This document shows positions 61,440-64,000 of a stretch of DNA of 64,000 bases, piece after piece. Made by a program: the position numbers and the translations under genes. The notes under the pieces were generated by a model. That model saw only the letters and a program-made list of their open reading frames with translations, ran no database searches and was not told the DNA's origin. The number at the start of each line of letters is the position of its first letter. Position 1 is the stretch's first letter. The stretch comes from Macrostomum lignano (lineage: Eukaryota): positions 186,001 to 250,000 of the forward strand of contig NIVC01000797.1 of NCBI GenBank assembly GCA_002269645.1. The letters are read 5' to 3'.

Positions 61440-63840
61440 TGGTAAGGAGTCAGGTGAATGATTGGGTCAGGAGTCAGGTGAATGATTGGGTCAGGAGTCA
61501 GGTGAATGATTGGGTCAGGAGTCAGGTGAGCTATTGGGTCAGGAGTCAGGTGAATGATTGGGTCAGGAGTCAGGTGAATGATTGGGTCAGGAGTCAGGTG
61601 AGCTATTGGGTCAGGAGTCAGGTGAATGATTGGGTCAGGAGTCAGGTGAGCTATTGGGTCAGGAGTCAGGTGAATGATTGGGTCAGGAGTCAGGTGAATG
61701 ATTGGGTCAGGAGTCAGGTGAGCTATTGGGTCAGGAGTCAGGTGAATGATTGGGTCAGGAGTCAGGTGAATGATTGGGTCAGGAGTCAGGTGAGCTATTG
61801 GGTCAGGAGTCAGGTGAATGATTGGGTCAGGAGTTAGGTGAGCGATTGGGTCAGGAGTCAGGCGAGCTATTGGGTCAGGAGTCAGGTGAGCGATTGGGTC
61901 AGGAGTCAGGTGAATGATTGGGTCAGGAGTCAGGTGAGCTATTGGGTCAGGAGTCAGGTGAATGATTGGGTCAGGAGTCAGGTGAATGATTGGGTCAGGA
62001 GTCAGGTGAATGATTGGGTCAGGAGTCAGGTGAGCTATTGGGTCAGGAGTCAGGTGAATGATTGGGTCAGGAGTTAGGTGAGCGATTGGGTCAGGAGTCA
62101 GGCGAGCTATTGGGTCAGGAGTCAGGTGAGCGATTGGGTCAGGAGTCAGGTGAATGATTGGGTCAGGAGTCAGGTGAGCTATTGGGTCAGGAGTCAGGTG
62201 AGCGATTGGGTCAGGAGTCAGGTGAATGATTGGGTCAGGAGTCAGGTGAGCGATTGGGTCAGGAGTCAGGTGAATGATTGGGTCAGGAGTCAGGTGAATG
62301 ATTGGGTCAGGAGTCAGGTGAATGATTGGGTCAGGAGTCAGGTGAATGATTGGGTCAGGAGTCAGGTGAATGATTGGGTCAGGAGTCAGGTGAGCTATTG
62401 GGTCAGGAGTCAGGTGAGCTATTGGGTCAGGAGTCAGGTGAAAGATTGGGTCAGGAGTCAGGTGAAAGATTGGGTCAGGAGTCAGGTGAATGATTGGGTC
62501 AGGATGCAGGTAAAAGATTGGGTCAGGAGTCAGGTGAAAGATTGGGTCAGGAGTCAGGTGAGCTATTGGGTCAGGAGTCAGGTGAGCGATTGGGTCAGGA
62601 TGCAGGTGAATGATTGGGTCAGGAGTCAGGTGAGCTATTGGGTCAGGAGTCAGGTGAGCTATTGGGTCAGGAGTCAGGTGAGCTATTGGGTCAGGAGTCA
62701 GGTGAGCTATTGGGTAAGGAGTCAGGTGAATGATTGGGTCAGGAGTCAGGTGAATCATTGGGTCAGGAGTCAGGTCAGCTACTGGGTCAGGAGTCAGGTG
62801 AGCGATTGGGTCAGGAGTCAGGTCAATTATTGGGTCAGGAGTCAAGTGAAAGATTGGGTCAGGAGTCAAGTGAAAGATTGGGTCAGGAGTCAGGTGAGCG
62901 ATTGGGTCAGGAGTCAGGTGAGCTATTGGGTAAGGAGTCAGGTGAATGATTGGGTCAGGAGTCAGGTGAATGATTGGGTCAGGAGTCAGGTCAGCTACTG
63001 GGTCAGGAGTCAGGTGAGCTATTGGGTCAGGAGTCAGGTGAATGATTGGATCAGGAGTCAGGAGTCAGGTGAGCGATTGGGTCAGGAGTCAGGTCAATGA
63101 TTGGGTCAGGAGTCAAGTGAAAGATTGGGTCAGGAGTCAGGTGAATGATTGGGTCAGGAGTCAAGTGAATGATTGGGTTAGGAGTCAGGTGAACGATTGG
63201 GTCAGGAGTCAATTGAACTATTGGTGAGGACTCGGGAATCGGGTGAATGATTGGGTCAGGAGTCAGGTGAGCGATTGGGTCAGGAGTCAGGTGAGCGATT
63301 GGGTCAGGAGTCAGGTCAGCTACTGGGTCAGGAGTCAGGTGAGCTATTGGGTCAGGAGTCAGGTGAACTATTGGGTCTGGAGTCAGGTGAGCTATTGGGT
63401 CAGGAGTCAGGTGAGCTATTGGGTCTAGAGTCAGGTGAGCGATTGGGTCAGGAGTCAATTGAACTATTGGTGAGGACTCGGGAATCGGGTGAATGATTGA
63501 GTCAGGAGTCAGGTGAGCGATTGGGTCAGGAGTCAATTGAACTATTGGTGAGGACTCGGGAATCGGGTGAATGATTGGGTCAGGAGTCAGGTGAGCGATT
63601 GGGTCAGGAGTCAGGTGAGCGATTGGGTCAGGAGTCAGGTCAGCTACTGGGTCAGGAGTCAGGTGAGCTATTGGGTCAGGAGTCAGGTGAACTATTGGGT
63701 CAGGAGTCAGGTGAGCTATTGGGTCAGGAGTCAGGTGAGCTATTGGGTCTAGAGTCAGGTGAGCGATTGGGTCAGGAGTCAGTTGAACTATTGGTGAGGA
63801 CTCGGGAATCGGGTGAATGATTGGGTCAGGAGTCATGTGA
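61440..63840. repeat. 24-nt minisatellite (CAGGTGAATGATTGGGTCAGGAGT), ~100 copies, pLGIC intron 3
   Basis: Direct tandem periodicity with a 324-nt higher-order duplication near the end. Confidence 0.97.
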
Positions 63841-64000
63841 GCGATTTGATAAGAAGTCATGAGACAAATCACGATAAAAAAGCGCTCAGGTATATAGTTT
63901 CTATTTCAGATCATTACTAACAAATCCGACAGCAGGCCTCCATGAAACGCACCAGCGGATTGGGATCTGGCTAATTATAAATCACAGTTACAGTTGTGCT

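Noticed and set aside
61340-63872. HLTPDPII-repeat ORFs (509 and 273 aa) on the - strand
   Set aside because: Antisense translation of the 24-nt intronic array; no coding evidence, although antisense translation cannot be formally excluded
63900-63950. TTTCAG|ATCATT as the next pLGIC exon
   Set aside because: Gives IITNKSDSRPP followed by a stop, not the expected continuation after FPFDVQ; the next exon is probably beyond the window

Overview
Eukaryotic (invertebrate animal) genomic DNA. No CRISPR, rRNA or prokaryotic features are present. The AT-rich background, GC-richer exons, minisatellite-filled introns and Cys-less pLGIC suggest a free-living flatworm such as Macrostomum, but this is a guess. 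I reconstructed five + strand genes by hand from GT-AG sites with consistent exon phases: an SLC15 (PepT1/2-type) peptide transporter (4 exons, 788 aa), an intronless ERICH2-domain gene, a FAM227 gene (9-10 exons), a KCTD/BTB gene, and the 5' part of a Cys-less pentameric ligand-gated ion channel. About 41 tandem arrays cover roughly 29 kb (~45%, estimated by eye), almost all with different 13-47 nt units. 15 of 18 modelled introns carry an array and no coding exon does. Several arrays begin or end at a splice site, and in the clearest case the repeat unit is a copy of the exon-intron junction itself. Also present are two copies of a tRNA-derived SINE, three inverted-repeat (MITE-like) elements and a speculative micro-exon gene on the - strand at 43.9-51.3 kb. 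Nearly all long ORFs in the supplied track are translations of repeats. Copy numbers and array edges are approximate manual estimates.
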